Source: Patescibacteria group bacterium
Lineage (GTDB): Bacteria; Patescibacteriota; Minisyncoccia; Moranbacterales; DUUL01
Direction: 5' to 3'
DNA length: 64,000 bases
Assembly (NCBI GenBank): GCA_034660175.1
Contig: JAYEIQ010000006.1
Span: 10,201 to 74,200 of the forward strand
Positions 19,589-30,231 of the stretch are shown here, piece by piece (the stretch's first letter is position 1; the number at the start of each line of letters is the position of its first letter). Position numbers and translations under genes: made by a program. A model generated the notes under the pieces. That model saw only the letters and a list, made by a program, of their open reading frames with translations, was not told where the DNA came from and ran no database searches.

Positions 19589-20825
19589 CTGATTTGAGAG
19601 AAAGTAAAATTAAGAAAAGGGGAAAAACACGTATAGAATAAATTGGAGTTTCGAAAAAAGAGTGGACCAAAAAGATGAGGAATGATGTGGCGAGAAGTTT
19701 TTTGAAAAGAGTAGGTTTTTTGAGAAAGGCAAAAATTGGAGAGAGAACTAAGCAAAACAAAAGAGAGGCACCCAAGATGCCAATTTCAGAACTGAAATCT
19801 AAAAATAAATTGTGCGCATATATTGGATCTCGAAATTGTGAAGTCGGTTGAATGTAACGAGAGAAATTTCCGATGCCAACTCCGCCAAAGGGATGAGTTG
19901 TTGTGATTTCAATCCCCTTTTGCCACATTTCAATTCTTCCTTTATTGGAGCCTTCTTTTGTGTCAAAAGAAGACTCGAGTCTTTGGGTGAGTGGATTTGG
20001 AATGGCAACAATATAGAAAAGGAATGTTGCCAAAACAGTGGTGGCTAGGATGTATTTTTTGATTAAACAGATAGGTTTGCTTGAAAGAAAAAGAAAGATC
20101 AGACCAAAAATCAAAGACAAATAGGCAGCTCTTGAAAAAGCTAGAGCACTTGCGATGAACAAAGTTATTGCAAATGCTAGGTATAACCTCTTTTTCTCTT
20201 TTATGTAAAGATAGACGGTTAATGGAAGAACCATGTTTATGTAGAGTGAAAAGAGGTGTGGGTCTGGAAATGTTCCAAATGTTCGAAGTATTGTTCTTCC
20301 CTGAATATTTACTAGCCAACTTGGGAAAGTAGCCACTATGTCCGAAAAAGTGTTTCCCAAAAAGACAGGAGCAATGAACCTTGAAGCAAGATCAAGTGGA
20401 AAATTTATTCCAAAAATAAATTGTAAACAGAAGACTATTATTGCAAAGACAGAAACAGTAAAACTGCCCCAAGCGAGAATTTTGTAAAGAAACGTTTTAG
20501 TTTCTTCTTTTTGTGTGAGAGCGAAAGAAATAAAATACAGGGGCATAAGAGAAAAAAGAAAAAGTATTTTTCTGGTAGCTCTTTGTTGGTCAATAGCCCA
20601 AAAGATGGAAAGTAGTGACAGAAGGGCAATTCCCAAAAGGAAAAAAAGGCGAATCCTCTTGTCGAGCAGGAAATGTTTTTCTTTCAGTGAATAGGCAAGC
20701 CAAAAAAGAAAGAGTATGGGAACAAAAATCCTCGTTAAAGAAAGGTCAATTCCCTGAGTAGGGTTCAGGGCAAAACTGAAAGGAATGATAGTTACAAAAA
20801 TCCAAAACAATAATTGGGGTTTCAT
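19578..20825 (-). CDS. Wzy_C/O-antigen ligase family membrane protein, a tandem paralog of the upstream gene
   Basis: Polytopic. The motif is DPIYAHNLFLDFSSEIGILGA, the same family motif. It overlaps the upstream paralog by about 10 nt, so the two are co-transcribed. Confidence 0.6.
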   Translation of the reverse strand: MKPQLLFWIFVTIIPFSFALNPTQGIDLSLTRIFVPILFLFWLAYSLKEKHFLLDKRIRLFFLLGIALLSLLSIFWAIDQQRATRKILFLFSLMPLYFISFALTQKEETKTFLYKILAWGSFTVSVFAIIVFCLQFIFGINFPLDLASRFIAPVFLGNTFSDIVATFPSWLVNIQGRTILRTFGTFPDPHLFSLYINMVLPLTVYLYIKEKKRLYLAFAITLFIASALAFSRAAYLSLIFGLIFLFLSSKPICLIKKYILATTVLATFLFYIVAIPNPLTQRLESSFDTKEGSNKGRIEMWQKGIEITTTHPFGGVGIGNFSRYIQPTSQFRDPIYAHNLFLDFSSEIGILGASLLFCLVLSPIFAFLKKPTLFKKLLATSFLIFLVHSFFETPIYSIRVFPLFLILLSLKSDDE

Positions 20826-20977
20826 ATCAAAAAAGCATATAAATAAAAAATTATCAGTTTGCGTTTGTTCATTATGGGCAATTTATTGTTTTTTTGCAAA
20901 AAAAAAGCTACACTGGAGTAGAGTATAGATTATTTCATTTCTATAACTGCCAACAGAGACAATTAATAGACTTTTTT

Positions 20978-21715
20978 ATGTTTAAAAAAAACAAACCACT
21001 TATTAAGCCCAGAAAAGAGACAAACAGTCTTTTCCTGGATATAACAGAAAGTGATCGAAGAGTTGCAATTGAGGATATTATTGGCTCGTCAAGTCCCAGA
21101 AAAAGCTTTTTTGTGATGAGTACAGTTTCCGCAATTTTGTGCACATTGGGAATAATCGAAGGCAATGCTGCTGTTATCATTGGCGGAATGCTTGTTGCTC
21201 CAATGCTATCTCCAGTTTTGGCAATTGCCATGGGGATAGGAATGGCAGATTTCAAGCTCGTTTATAGATCTTTTAGGGTTATTTTATTAGCAATTCTATA
21301 TTCATTGGGATTTTCATTTTTGATGGCGCTCCTTCTGGACAAGCCAGATTCGAACAATCTTAACTCGGAAATGGTGTTAAGGATTGGTGTTTCGCTTGAG
21401 ACTTTGCTCGTTTCTTTGGTTGCTGGAATCGCTGCATCTTTTTCAATTATTCGTTCCGAGCTACACAAATACATGGCTGGAATCGCAATTGCTGTTGCCT
21501 TGATTCCGCCTCTTTCAATGAGTGCAATTGGACTTCGAATGTTGGATCCAAACATATTCTATCAGGCATTCATGCAGTATTTGTTTAGTCTTGGCGGAAT
21601 AATTTTGTCTGCTCTGGTTATTTTTTCGCTTTCCAGGTTTTATGTTTCGCGAAAAAAAGTTGAGGAAGAACTTAAAGAGGAGGAAGAAATGTTGAAAACA
21701 GAAGAGAAGAAATAG
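20978..21715 (+). CDS. DUF389 (TIGR00341) hydrophobic-domain membrane protein
   Basis: The motif AVIIGGMLVAPMLSPVLAIAMGIGMADFKL matches the DUF389 core. The start was chosen at the internal Met (MFKKNK); the ORF extends back to 20894. Confidence 0.5.
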   Translation: MFKKNKPLIKPRKETNSLFLDITESDRRVAIEDIIGSSSPRKSFFVMSTVSAILCTLGIIEGNAAVIIGGMLVAPMLSPVLAIAMGIGMADFKLVYRSFRVILLAILYSLGFSFLMALLLDKPDSNNLNSEMVLRIGVSLETLLVSLVAGIAASFSIIRSELHKYMAGIAIAVALIPPLSMSAIGLRMLDPNIFYQAFMQYLFSLGGIILSALVIFSLSRFYVSRKKVEEELKEEEEMLKTEEKK

Positions 21716-21738
21716 GAGCTAAAAATTGAAAAGAAAAT

Positions 21739-23184
21739 ATGAGCAAAACTTTTTATATCACAACAGCGCTTCCTTATGTGAATGCAAAACCACACATTGG
21801 TTTTGCGAGAGAAATTGTCCAGGCTGATTGTTTGGCTCGTTACCAAAAGCTTCTTGGAAGAGAAGTGTTTTTTAATACTGGGACAGACGAACATGGACAA
21901 AAGATCTATGAAGTTGCTCAGGAAAAAGGAATTGATCCCCAAGCTCATTGTGATGAGTTGTCAAAAACCTTCAAGAGCTTAAAGGGCCTTTTGAATGTTG
22001 ATTATAACAGGTTCATCAGAACTACCGACAAAGACCATATTGAAGCAGCACAGAAATTTTGGAAAATATGCGATGAGGAGGGGTTTATCTATAAGAAAGA
22101 GTATGAGACAAAATATTGTGTTGGATGTGAATTGGAAAAAACTGACTCAGAACTTGTTAATGGAAAATGTCCAGATCATCCCAATAAGCAGCTACAAATA
22201 TCTAATGAGGATAATTATTTCTTCAAATTTTCAAGTTTTCAAGAGAACTTGAATGACTTGTATAAGAATAACCCAGATTTCATTCAACCATCCAAACGTT
22301 ATAATGAAATTAAGAAATTTGTTGAAGGCGGTTTGGAAGACTTTTCAATTTCTCGCTTGAAGGAAAAAATGCCTTGGGGAATTGAGGTTCCTGGAGACTC
22401 TGACCACGTAATGTATGTATGGTTTGATGCTTTGGTGGACTATATCTCAACACTTGATTGGCCAGACGGTAAAAATTTTGAGAAATTTTGGAACAGTTCT
22501 CTGGAAAGAGTTCAGTTCTGTGGCAAGGACAATTTGCGACAACAAAGTGCAATGTGGCAATCAATGCTATTAGCTGTTGGCGTGAAGAATTCTTCGAAGA
22601 TTTTTGTGAATGGGTTTATCAACGTTGATGGGCAAAAAATGAGCAAATCGATTGGAAATGTTATTTTGCCCGAGGAGCTTGTTGATCGTTATGGAACGGA
22701 AGCTACTAGATATCTCCTTTTGTCTTTTGGCTCATTTGGCGAGGACACTGACATTACATGGGAACGGCTTGATGAAAAATTCAATGCAGATTTAGCGAAT
22801 GGAATTGGAAATTTGATTTCAAGAGTGGTGACTCTGTATCAAAAAGCTGAATTTCAAGTTGATTTTGAGAAAAGTAAAAGGGAACCTTTCAAGGACAACA
22901 AAGAACTTGAAAGGTTGTTCAGCATGGGGCGGTTTGATCAAGAACTGAAGAATGTGAAGTCTCTTGCTACCAAATTGGATAAGCAAATCGAACAGGAAAA
23001 GCCATGGGAGCTTGTAAAGACTGAAAAAGAAGCCTTCCGAGAAAGTATTGAAGGTTTAGCAAGAGGTGTTTATTATATCGGACTAAGACTGGAGCCTTTT
23101 ATGCCAGAAACATCAAAAATCATCAAAGAATCACTAGAAAAGAAGGAAAAGGTTGGGCTTTTTCCTCGTTTGGTTCTCAAATAA
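21739..23184 (+). CDS. metG: Methionyl-tRNA synthetase (short form)
   Basis: HIGH-type motif PHIGFA, a KMSKS motif, and a Cys knuckle CVGCE...CPDH. Confidence 0.9.
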   Translation: MSKTFYITTALPYVNAKPHIGFAREIVQADCLARYQKLLGREVFFNTGTDEHGQKIYEVAQEKGIDPQAHCDELSKTFKSLKGLLNVDYNRFIRTTDKDHIEAAQKFWKICDEEGFIYKKEYETKYCVGCELEKTDSELVNGKCPDHPNKQLQISNEDNYFFKFSSFQENLNDLYKNNPDFIQPSKRYNEIKKFVEGGLEDFSISRLKEKMPWGIEVPGDSDHVMYVWFDALVDYISTLDWPDGKNFEKFWNSSLERVQFCGKDNLRQQSAMWQSMLLAVGVKNSSKIFVNGFINVDGQKMSKSIGNVILPEELVDRYGTEATRYLLLSFGSFGEDTDITWERLDEKFNADLANGIGNLISRVVTLYQKAEFQVDFEKSKREPFKDNKELERLFSMGRFDQELKNVKSLATKLDKQIEQEKPWELVKTEKEAFRESIEGLARGVYYIGLRLEPFMPETSKIIKESLEKKEKVGLFPRLVLK

Positions 23185-23604
23185 GACTTGATTTGATTGG
23201 AAGTTTGTTATATCTGTTATATATTTGAGCACTTTAAATACCTTGAGAAAACCTTCAATATATGAAATGAGGCTATTATGATTTTGTTAAGGAATGTTCG
23301 GTTTGTGCTCGTGTTGGGTGTTTATCTGTTATCAAACGTCGTAGCAGTAGCGAATGATTAGGCTGTAGCGGAGTTGGGTGAGATTGTGGAGATTCCTTTG
23401 CTTTGGGCTGGAATTGTGTTTGCAATTGTAGTTGTGTTGTATCATCTCTTTGTACCAAAAGACAAAGATGATGCTAGTTTGAAGAAGGGATATCATTAAA
23501 TTTATAAGGTTGATGAAATAAGTTTAGTGGGTGGATGAGTGAGCACATCATCGGTTCCCAAATAATTATTTCATTTCGTCTAGAAGCAAAACAAAACTTT
23601 TCCT

Positions 23605-24432
23605 ATGATAGACACTCATATTCATCTAGAGTCTGAAGAATATAACGCTGATTGCCAAGAGGTGATCAAGCGGTTTTTTGAAAAGGGAGGAAAGGCACTC
23701 GTCAATGTTGGAGTGAGTGAGGCGAGAATGAAAAAGGCTCAAAAAATCGCCAATAGTGATGAGAGAATATTTGTTGCAATCGGGTTTCATCCCCAGGAGG
23801 GCACTGACTTACAGCGAGCCGGGGAATGTGTGAATTTTGAGGAGATTCTTAAGGATTTTGCACGAGACCATAAGGTTGTGGCTATTGGAGAAATTGGTTT
23901 GGACTATTTTCATCCCAGTGGAAAGGAATTTGATCTGAGAATAACTGAAGAAATCAAAGAAGTTCAAAAAAGGCTATTTGTTACTCAGTTGGAATTGGCA
24001 AGAAAGCTTGATTTGCCTGTTATTGTGCACAGTTGGAACGCAGAAATCGATTGCTGGGAGATTTTGAGTAACTACCTTGACTTGAAAATCGTTTTTCATT
24101 GTTATGGTCGTGGAATAGCACCAGGTTTCACGAAAAAATTGTTGAAATATGAAAATATCAACTTTTCCTTCACTGGAAATGTTACTTTTCCAAAGCCAGG
24201 AAAGTCTGGTGCGGAGCTTTTTGAGCATCTCAAGCTTATCCCTCTGGAAAGAATCATGGTTGAGACTGATGGACCTTTTTTGGCTCCAGTTCCACATAGA
24301 GGAAAGCGCAACGAACCTTTTTTTGTGAAACATATAATTGAAAAAATTGCTCAGGTAAAGGATTTGACAAATGATGAGGTTGAAAAACAAACAGACCAAA
24401 ATGCAATGGATTTTTTTAATTTGAATATTTAG
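23605..24432 (+). CDS. tatD: TatD-family metal-dependent hydrolase/DNase
   Basis: MIDTHIHLE, GEIGLDYFH, VIVHSW and VETDGPFLAP are present. Confidence 0.85.
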   Translation: MIDTHIHLESEEYNADCQEVIKRFFEKGGKALVNVGVSEARMKKAQKIANSDERIFVAIGFHPQEGTDLQRAGECVNFEEILKDFARDHKVVAIGEIGLDYFHPSGKEFDLRITEEIKEVQKRLFVTQLELARKLDLPVIVHSWNAEIDCWEILSNYLDLKIVFHCYGRGIAPGFTKKLLKYENINFSFTGNVTFPKPGKSGAELFEHLKLIPLERIMVETDGPFLAPVPHRGKRNEPFFVKHIIEKIAQVKDLTNDEVEKQTDQNAMDFFNLNI

Positions 24433-24499
24433 AAGACATTGAATGTGTTGAAAAAGTAATTATATAAAAGATCATATAATTTAACAAAGCTGATATCTT

Positions 24500-25633
24500 A
24501 TGAAAATTGCAATTGATTGTGCTGATCTGGATTGTAGTCGGATCGATGGCACAAGAGTCTATATTAAAAACGTTTTGAACTATTTGGGGCAGCTTGCTCC
24601 TAATGATGAGTTTTTGCTCTATCACAAAGGTGATTTCAACCCACTTCTTTTGCCAAAATGGTATCCAAACTATGTCGAGTGCAAAATTCCATACCGATTT
24701 TGGTGGACGCAAACACGTCTAGCGTTTGAGCTCAGAGCTGACAAGCCAGATGTTTGTTGGATGCCCATTCAACAGATTCCCTTCATTGGCCCTAAGGAAA
24801 CGAAATATGTGGTGACAATTCATGATTTGGCTTTTAAGATATTTCCTGACTATTTTTTGAGGGGCGACAGAAGAAAGCTTAACTTTTTTGCGGATACCGC
24901 TATTAAACATGCCGATGGGCTTATTGCTATTTCAGAATCAACAAAAAAAGATATTTTGAAACTTTATCCAAAAACAAATAAAGAAAAGATATCTGTTGTT
25001 CACCATGGTTTCGAGTCTGATCTATTTTCAAAACAATACTCGAATGAGGAAATAGACAGTGTTTTAAAAAAATATAAAATCATTAAGAAGGACAGACACC
25101 CATTCATTTTGTATGTTGGCGCGATTCAACCAAGGAAAGATCTAGTGACATTGGTCAGGGCTTTCGAAAGAATAAAGTACAGAGATGGTAATGACGGGCT
25201 CGAACTTGTTTTGGTTGGTGAGCTAGCATGGAAAGCGGAGAAGACCTTGGTGGCTGTTGAAAATTCTGAATTCAGTAAAGATATTGTCTTAACAGGAAAG
25301 GTCAACTTTAAAGATCTTGGGAAAATCTATCAGGGAGCAAATGTTTTTGCCTTTCCTGCTCTGTATGAAGGCTTTGGAATACCTATTTTAGAAGCTTTTG
25401 CATCCAAAGTTCCTGTTGTTGTGGCTGACAACTCTTCTCTTGTGGAGGTGGGTGGCGAGGCGGTTCAGAAGTTTGAGGGTGGAGATATCAATCAATTTGC
25501 TGATGTTTTGCAAAAAGTGCTCAAAAATTCTATAATAAGAGAAAGAATGATTTCAAAAGGACTTGAAAGAGCAGCACAATTCTCATGGAAAAAATGTGCG
25601 CAGGAGACACTTAATGTCTTAAAAAGCGCTTAA
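24500..25633 (+). CDS. Glycosyltransferase family 4 (group 1 GT)
   Basis: C-terminal EGFGIPILEAFASKVPVV motif (E-x7-E region). Confidence 0.75.
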   Translation: MKIAIDCADLDCSRIDGTRVYIKNVLNYLGQLAPNDEFLLYHKGDFNPLLLPKWYPNYVECKIPYRFWWTQTRLAFELRADKPDVCWMPIQQIPFIGPKETKYVVTIHDLAFKIFPDYFLRGDRRKLNFFADTAIKHADGLIAISESTKKDILKLYPKTNKEKISVVHHGFESDLFSKQYSNEEIDSVLKKYKIIKKDRHPFILYVGAIQPRKDLVTLVRAFERIKYRDGNDGLELVLVGELAWKAEKTLVAVENSEFSKDIVLTGKVNFKDLGKIYQGANVFAFPALYEGFGIPILEAFASKVPVVVADNSSLVEVGGEAVQKFEGGDINQFADVLQKVLKNSIIRERMISKGLERAAQFSWKKCAQETLNVLKSA

Positions 25634-25635
25634 AG

Positions 25636-26586
25636 ATGGAAATCAAAAAAAATATACAACTTAAAGACTATTCAACATTCAAAATTGGCGGACCGGCAAA
25701 GTTTTTTTGTGAAGTGAGAACAATTGAAGATTTGAGTGAGGCTTTGACTTGGGCTCGTGAAAACAAGCAAAGATTTTTCATTTTGGGAGGAGGAAGCAAC
25801 ATTCTTTTTATGGATAAAGGTTTTGATGGTTTGGTTGTAAAAGTTAACAACGAAGAAATAAAAATTGTTAGCAGTAACGAAAATGGTGTAATTGTTAGCT
25901 GTGGAGCAGGGGCAAAATTTTCCAATTTAGTGAAGTTTTCATTGGAAAATAAGTTGTCGGGACTGGAATGGGCCATTGGAGTTCCTGGTGAAGTTGGTGG
26001 AGCTGTTCGTGGCAATGCAGGATGTTTTGGTGGTGAAATGAAGGATGTTGTGAAAAAAGTTGAAGTCTTGAAAATCGAGAAAGGGGAAAAAGAAAAAAAG
26101 GTAGCTTTGTCGAATCAAGAATGCAAATTTGATTATCGCAATAGTATTTTTAAGATGGATCCGAGTTTTGTGATTTGGGATTGTGAACTGGAATTGAAAA
26201 AAGGAGATATCAACAAGAGCAAAAAGGAAATTCATGAGATCATCAAGAAACGCAAAGAGAGACAACCAGCACTTTCCGAATTTCCTTCGATAGGCAGTGT
26301 TTTCAAGAATCCCAAAGCAAACCAAGATGTTATCAGACAGTTTGAAGAAGATAATAATGTGAAGTGCAGAGGTGACAAAGTCCCTGCAGGGTGGATTATC
26401 GAGCAGTGCGATTTGAAAAAGAAGAGGATTGGCGGTGCTATGCTTAGTGATCAACAAGCCAACTTTATTCTCAATATGGGCAATGCAACAGCAGACGACG
26501 TTTTAATTTTGATCAGTCTTGTCAAAATGAAAGTGCGAAACAAATTCAATGTTCAATTGGAAGAGGAAGCGCAGATCGTGATGTGA
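25636..26586 (+). CDS. murB: UDP-N-acetylenolpyruvoylglucosamine reductase
   Basis: FKIGGPAKFF...ILGGGSNILF matches the FAD-binding region of MurB. Confidence 0.8.
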   Translation: MEIKKNIQLKDYSTFKIGGPAKFFCEVRTIEDLSEALTWARENKQRFFILGGGSNILFMDKGFDGLVVKVNNEEIKIVSSNENGVIVSCGAGAKFSNLVKFSLENKLSGLEWAIGVPGEVGGAVRGNAGCFGGEMKDVVKKVEVLKIEKGEKEKKVALSNQECKFDYRNSIFKMDPSFVIWDCELELKKGDINKSKKEIHEIIKKRKERQPALSEFPSIGSVFKNPKANQDVIRQFEEDNNVKCRGDKVPAGWIIEQCDLKKKRIGGAMLSDQQANFILNMGNATADDVLILISLVKMKVRNKFNVQLEEEAQIVM

Positions 26587-26837
26587 TTTTGTGGAGTTTG
26601 ATGACTTGGCTGTCATTGTCTCACAAAAATTTTCAGGAACTGGTCGCTCCAGGTAGTTGTGTCCATTCAACAAGGAAAACCTTCTTGTTTGCTGAACATC
26701 ATGAGTATTTGTATTGCTTTCCACTAAAAATTTATTGTTCACCAACAACAATCAGGTCACATTTGTTTTGAGATCAAATAATTTTCAAAAACTTTTGTAC
26801 TATAGGATGCAGGAGAGTTAAAAAGTAAAAAACAACA

Positions 26838-27176
26838 ATGCCAATGCGCTATTTTTTTGGTTCGACGAGAGTGAATGAGCAGGAGAAGGAATACTTAACG
26901 GAGAAAGTGTTAAGATGTAAAAAATTGCTTAGTAACTATTCCAAGCAGGAACTTTCAGTTGAGGTGGAAGTAGAACAGGATAAAAAGAGTTTTTGGAGAG
27001 TTGAAATGATGATCAGAACTCCACACGAGCTTTTTCGAGTGGACAAACGGGATGGAGATTTTTTCAAAGCAGTTGATCTTGTCAGTGATGTTTTGACGGA
27101 ACAGATTCGCAGAAGCAGAGAAAAGATAAGAGACAGACAGAGAAGAAAAGAGAAGTTGGCAAAAGTAAGATTATAG
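26838..27176 (+). CDS. Ribosome hibernation/RaiA (HPF short form)-like protein
   Basis: Size and charge pattern (VEVEVEQDKKSFWRVEMMIRTPHELFRVDKRDGDFFKAVD) resemble the YfiA/HPF family. Moderate confidence only. Confidence 0.5.
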   Translation: MPMRYFFGSTRVNEQEKEYLTEKVLRCKKLLSNYSKQELSVEVEVEQDKKSFWRVEMMIRTPHELFRVDKRDGDFFKAVDLVSDVLTEQIRRSREKIRDRQRRKEKLAKVRL

Positions 27177-27301
27177 GTTAAAAAGGATATTTAGACAAGG
27201 GTGCTTTTGTAGTGCCTTTGTTTTTTTCTTGATAATCTATTAGTATTCTCATATACTTAAAAAGATATGAATTAAATTTTCTTATTTATATAGCATAAAC
27301 T

Positions 27302-30001
27302 ATGAAATTTATTGAAAAGCTTTTTGGCGGTGCTCAGAACAAGCAGTTGTCTCGAATGCAAGTTGTTGTTGAAAAGATCAATGAACTTGAACCACAGATT
27401 CAGAAGCTGACAGACGAGGAGCTCAAAGAAAAAACCAAACAATTCAAAAAGCAACTAGAAGAAAAGAGGGGCAAAGAAGCGAAGAAAGAACTGGACGAAA
27501 TTCTCCCAGAGGCCTTTGCCGTTGTTCGTGAAGGGGCTCATAGGGTTATCGGAGAGAGGGCCTACGATACTCAATTGATTGGTGCGATGGTTCTCCATCA
27601 TGGAAAAATCGCTGAAATGAAAACGGGGGAAGGAAAAACTTTAGCTGCTGTTTTGGCAGTCTATCTCAATGCTCTGACTGGGAATGGTGTTCACGTGATC
27701 ACTGTGAATGACTATCTTTCCAAACGTGATGCTAATTGGATGGGAAGTATCTATCACTTTCTTGGTTTGTCTACTGCTTGTTTGAATCACGATGTGTCAT
27801 ATCTGTATCAGCCAAAAGTTGTAGATTCCAACGAGGTTAGCGTTGAAATGGAAAATCTCAAAGCAATAACCAGAACAGAAGCATATAAGGCTGATGTTCT
27901 TTATGGAACAAATAACGAGTTTGGCTTTGATTATCTTCGTGACAATATGGCTCAGGACTTAGCTCATCTTGTTCAACGGCCTTTGAATTTTGCAATTGTT
28001 GATGAGGTTGACTCCATCTTGATTGATGAGGCAAGAACTCCACTTATCATTTCTGCTCCGGACACAGAGTCCACAAGGATGTATCAACAATTTGCTCGCT
28101 TGGTTCCAAGACTCAATGAAAATGGAGATTACAACGTTGATGAAAAGCTGAAAAGTGTTGTTTTGACAGCAGAAGGAATATCAAAAATGGAAAAATGGCT
28201 TGGAATTGGAAATATATATGAAACATCGAAAGTTACATATGTTCATCACTTGGAGCAGGCTCTCAAGGCTCATGTTCTGTTCACTCGCGACAGGGATTAT
28301 GTGATAAAAGAAGGGGAAGTTATTATTGTTGATGAGTTTACCGGTCGCATGATGGCAGGTCGTCGCTATAGCGAGGGATTGCATCAGGCAATTGAGGCAA
28401 AAGAGAATGTAAAAGTGCAACGAGAGTCTCGAACTTTGGCTACGATCACGTTCCAGAACTATTTCAGAATGTACGAGAAGCTCTCAGGCATGACTGGAAC
28501 AGCTCTAACCTCAGCTGAGGAGCTTTTCAGGGTGTATGAGCTTGAAGTGACAGAAATTCCAACTAACAAGTCCTTGGCAAGAAATGACATGCGAGACGTT
28601 GTGTATAAGTCGGAAAAGGGGAAATTCAGTGCAATTATTGACGAGATCATGCGACTGCACAACGAAGGACGGCCAGTTTTGGTAGGAACAATTGCAATTG
28701 AGAAGTCAGAATATTTATCGGCAGTTCTTGAAAAAAGGGGAATTGATCATGAAGTTCTCAATGCTAAAAATCATGAACGTGAAGCACAAATAATTTCTAA
28801 GGCAGGACAAAAGGGTGCGGTCACGATTGCAACAAATATGGCGGGAAGAGGAACTGATATCAAACTTGGTGATGGCGTGAGAGAGGTTGGAGGTTTGCAC
28901 ATTCTTGGGACTGAGCGTCACGAAGCCAGACGAATTGACAACCAGCTCAGGGGTCGTGCTGGGAGGCAAGGTGACCCCGGCTCATCACAATTTTTTGTTT
29001 CTTTGGAAGATGAGCTCATGAGACGATTTGGAGGAGATCGAATGGGTGGGATCATGAACAAACTTGGTCTGCCAGAGGATCAACCAATTGAAAACAAAAT
29101 GGTTTCTCGTTCCATTGAATCAGCTCAAGGAAAAATTGAGGGATTCAACTTTGACATGAGAAAAAGGATTTTGGAATATGACGATGTTATGAACAAACAG
29201 CGTGAAACTATATACAAGAAAAGAAAAGAAGCATTGGGAAAAGAAAGTGTTAAAGAAGACATTCGCGCAATGCTTGTTGATGAGGTGGAGTCAATAGTTG
29301 GAGCGCACACTGCGCTTGATGACGAAGATGAGTGGAACGTTGAAGAGATATCTGAAGAAGTTGAAACGCTTTGTGGTGAGGGTTCTTCTGATGTGCATAA
29401 AAAATTGATTGAGATGAAAAGATCAAAAGATTTTTCTCAGAGTGCAGAAAAGAAAAGTGCGATGATCGATCTTTTGGTTGGTCAGGTCAAAAAGATTTAT
29501 GGTGAAAAAGAAAAAGAGCTTGGTTCTGAGCAGCTTCGTGCTGTTGAGAAAAGTTTGATGCTCAGAACAACTGATAGTTTTTGGATGGATCATCTTGAGC
29601 AAATAGAGCGTGTTCGTGAGGGAATTGGTTTCCAGGGATATGGACAGCGTGATCCATTGATAATGTATAAGAAAGAGGCATTCAATTTGTTTCAAGGTCT
29701 TCTTGCAAACATCAATCGCACCATTATCAATGCTCTTTTCAAAATTCAGCTAGTGCCTGCTCGGGAAGCGTCAGCACGAACAAGGGTTCCCGAGAATGTT
29801 TCATACAGTGGAGGAGAGGAAGCTGGACAATTCGAAGGTGGTTCAGAGGTTAGTGATGGCGGTGCAGAAGCTTCTGCGGTAGAAAGGAAGGAAGCAGCTC
29901 CGACAGCACCAATTGTGAATGATGGCAAAAGTGTAGGTCGCAATGATCCTTGTCCGTGTGGAAGTGGGAAAAAGTACAAGAAGTGTCACGGAAAGAACTA
30001 G
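27302..30001 (+). CDS. secA: Preprotein translocase ATPase SecA
   Basis: MKTGEGKTLAAVLAVYLNALTG (Walker A), DEVDSILIDEARTPLIIS, and a C-terminal zinc motif CPCGSGKKYKKCHG. Confidence 0.95.
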   Translation: MKFIEKLFGGAQNKQLSRMQVVVEKINELEPQIQKLTDEELKEKTKQFKKQLEEKRGKEAKKELDEILPEAFAVVREGAHRVIGERAYDTQLIGAMVLHHGKIAEMKTGEGKTLAAVLAVYLNALTGNGVHVITVNDYLSKRDANWMGSIYHFLGLSTACLNHDVSYLYQPKVVDSNEVSVEMENLKAITRTEAYKADVLYGTNNEFGFDYLRDNMAQDLAHLVQRPLNFAIVDEVDSILIDEARTPLIISAPDTESTRMYQQFARLVPRLNENGDYNVDEKLKSVVLTAEGISKMEKWLGIGNIYETSKVTYVHHLEQALKAHVLFTRDRDYVIKEGEVIIVDEFTGRMMAGRRYSEGLHQAIEAKENVKVQRESRTLATITFQNYFRMYEKLSGMTGTALTSAEELFRVYELEVTEIPTNKSLARNDMRDVVYKSEKGKFSAIIDEIMRLHNEGRPVLVGTIAIEKSEYLSAVLEKRGIDHEVLNAKNHEREAQIISKAGQKGAVTIATNMAGRGTDIKLGDGVREVGGLHILGTERHEARRIDNQLRGRAGRQGDPGSSQFFVSLEDELMRRFGGDRMGGIMNKLGLPEDQPIENKMVSRSIESAQGKIEGFNFDMRKRILEYDDVMNKQRETIYKKRKEALGKESVKEDIRAMLVDEVESIVGAHTALDDEDEWNVEEISEEVETLCGEGSSDVHKKLIEMKRSKDFSQSAEKKSAMIDLLVGQVKKIYGEKEKELGSEQLRAVEKSLMLRTTDSFWMDHLEQIERVREGIGFQGYGQRDPLIMYKKEAFNLFQGLLANINRTIINALFKIQLVPAREASARTRVPENVSYSGGEEAGQFEGGSEVSDGGAEASAVERKEAAPTAPIVNDGKSVGRNDPCPCGSGKKYKKCHGKN

Positions 30002-30044
30002 ACATTAAGTGAAAATAAAGCAGTTTACTCGTTGACTATTCAAA

Positions 30045-30069
30045 ATCCAGGCGAAAGCCTGGATTTTTG
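30045..30069 (+). terminator. Rho-independent terminator after secA
   Basis: Hairpin TCCAGGC-GAAA-GCCTGGA followed by TTTTT. Confidence 0.6.
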
Positions 30070-30084
30070 GTTATTCCTTGGAAG

Positions 30085-30124
30085 ATAAAAAAAATAACGT
30101 ACCGTGGTACGTTATTTTTTTTAT
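30085..30124. terminator. Bidirectional terminator-like palindrome
   Basis: AATAACGTAC-CGTG-GTACGTTATT flanked by an A-run and a T-run. Confidence 0.5.
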
Positions 30125-30201
30125 TGCGCAAAGGGGGAAAGTTTTCAAATAAAAAAACATTACAAGGAGGTGGTAACTTCACATTTTATTCACAACAATA
30201 C

Positions 30202-30231
30202 TTGACAAGTTTTTCTCTGTTATGTTATAGT
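30202..30231 (+). promoter_or_regulatory. Putative rRNA operon promoter with -35 TTGACA, an 18-nt spacer and -10 TATAGT
   Basis: Read from the sequence about 520 nt upstream of the 23S 5' end. Confidence 0.4.
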
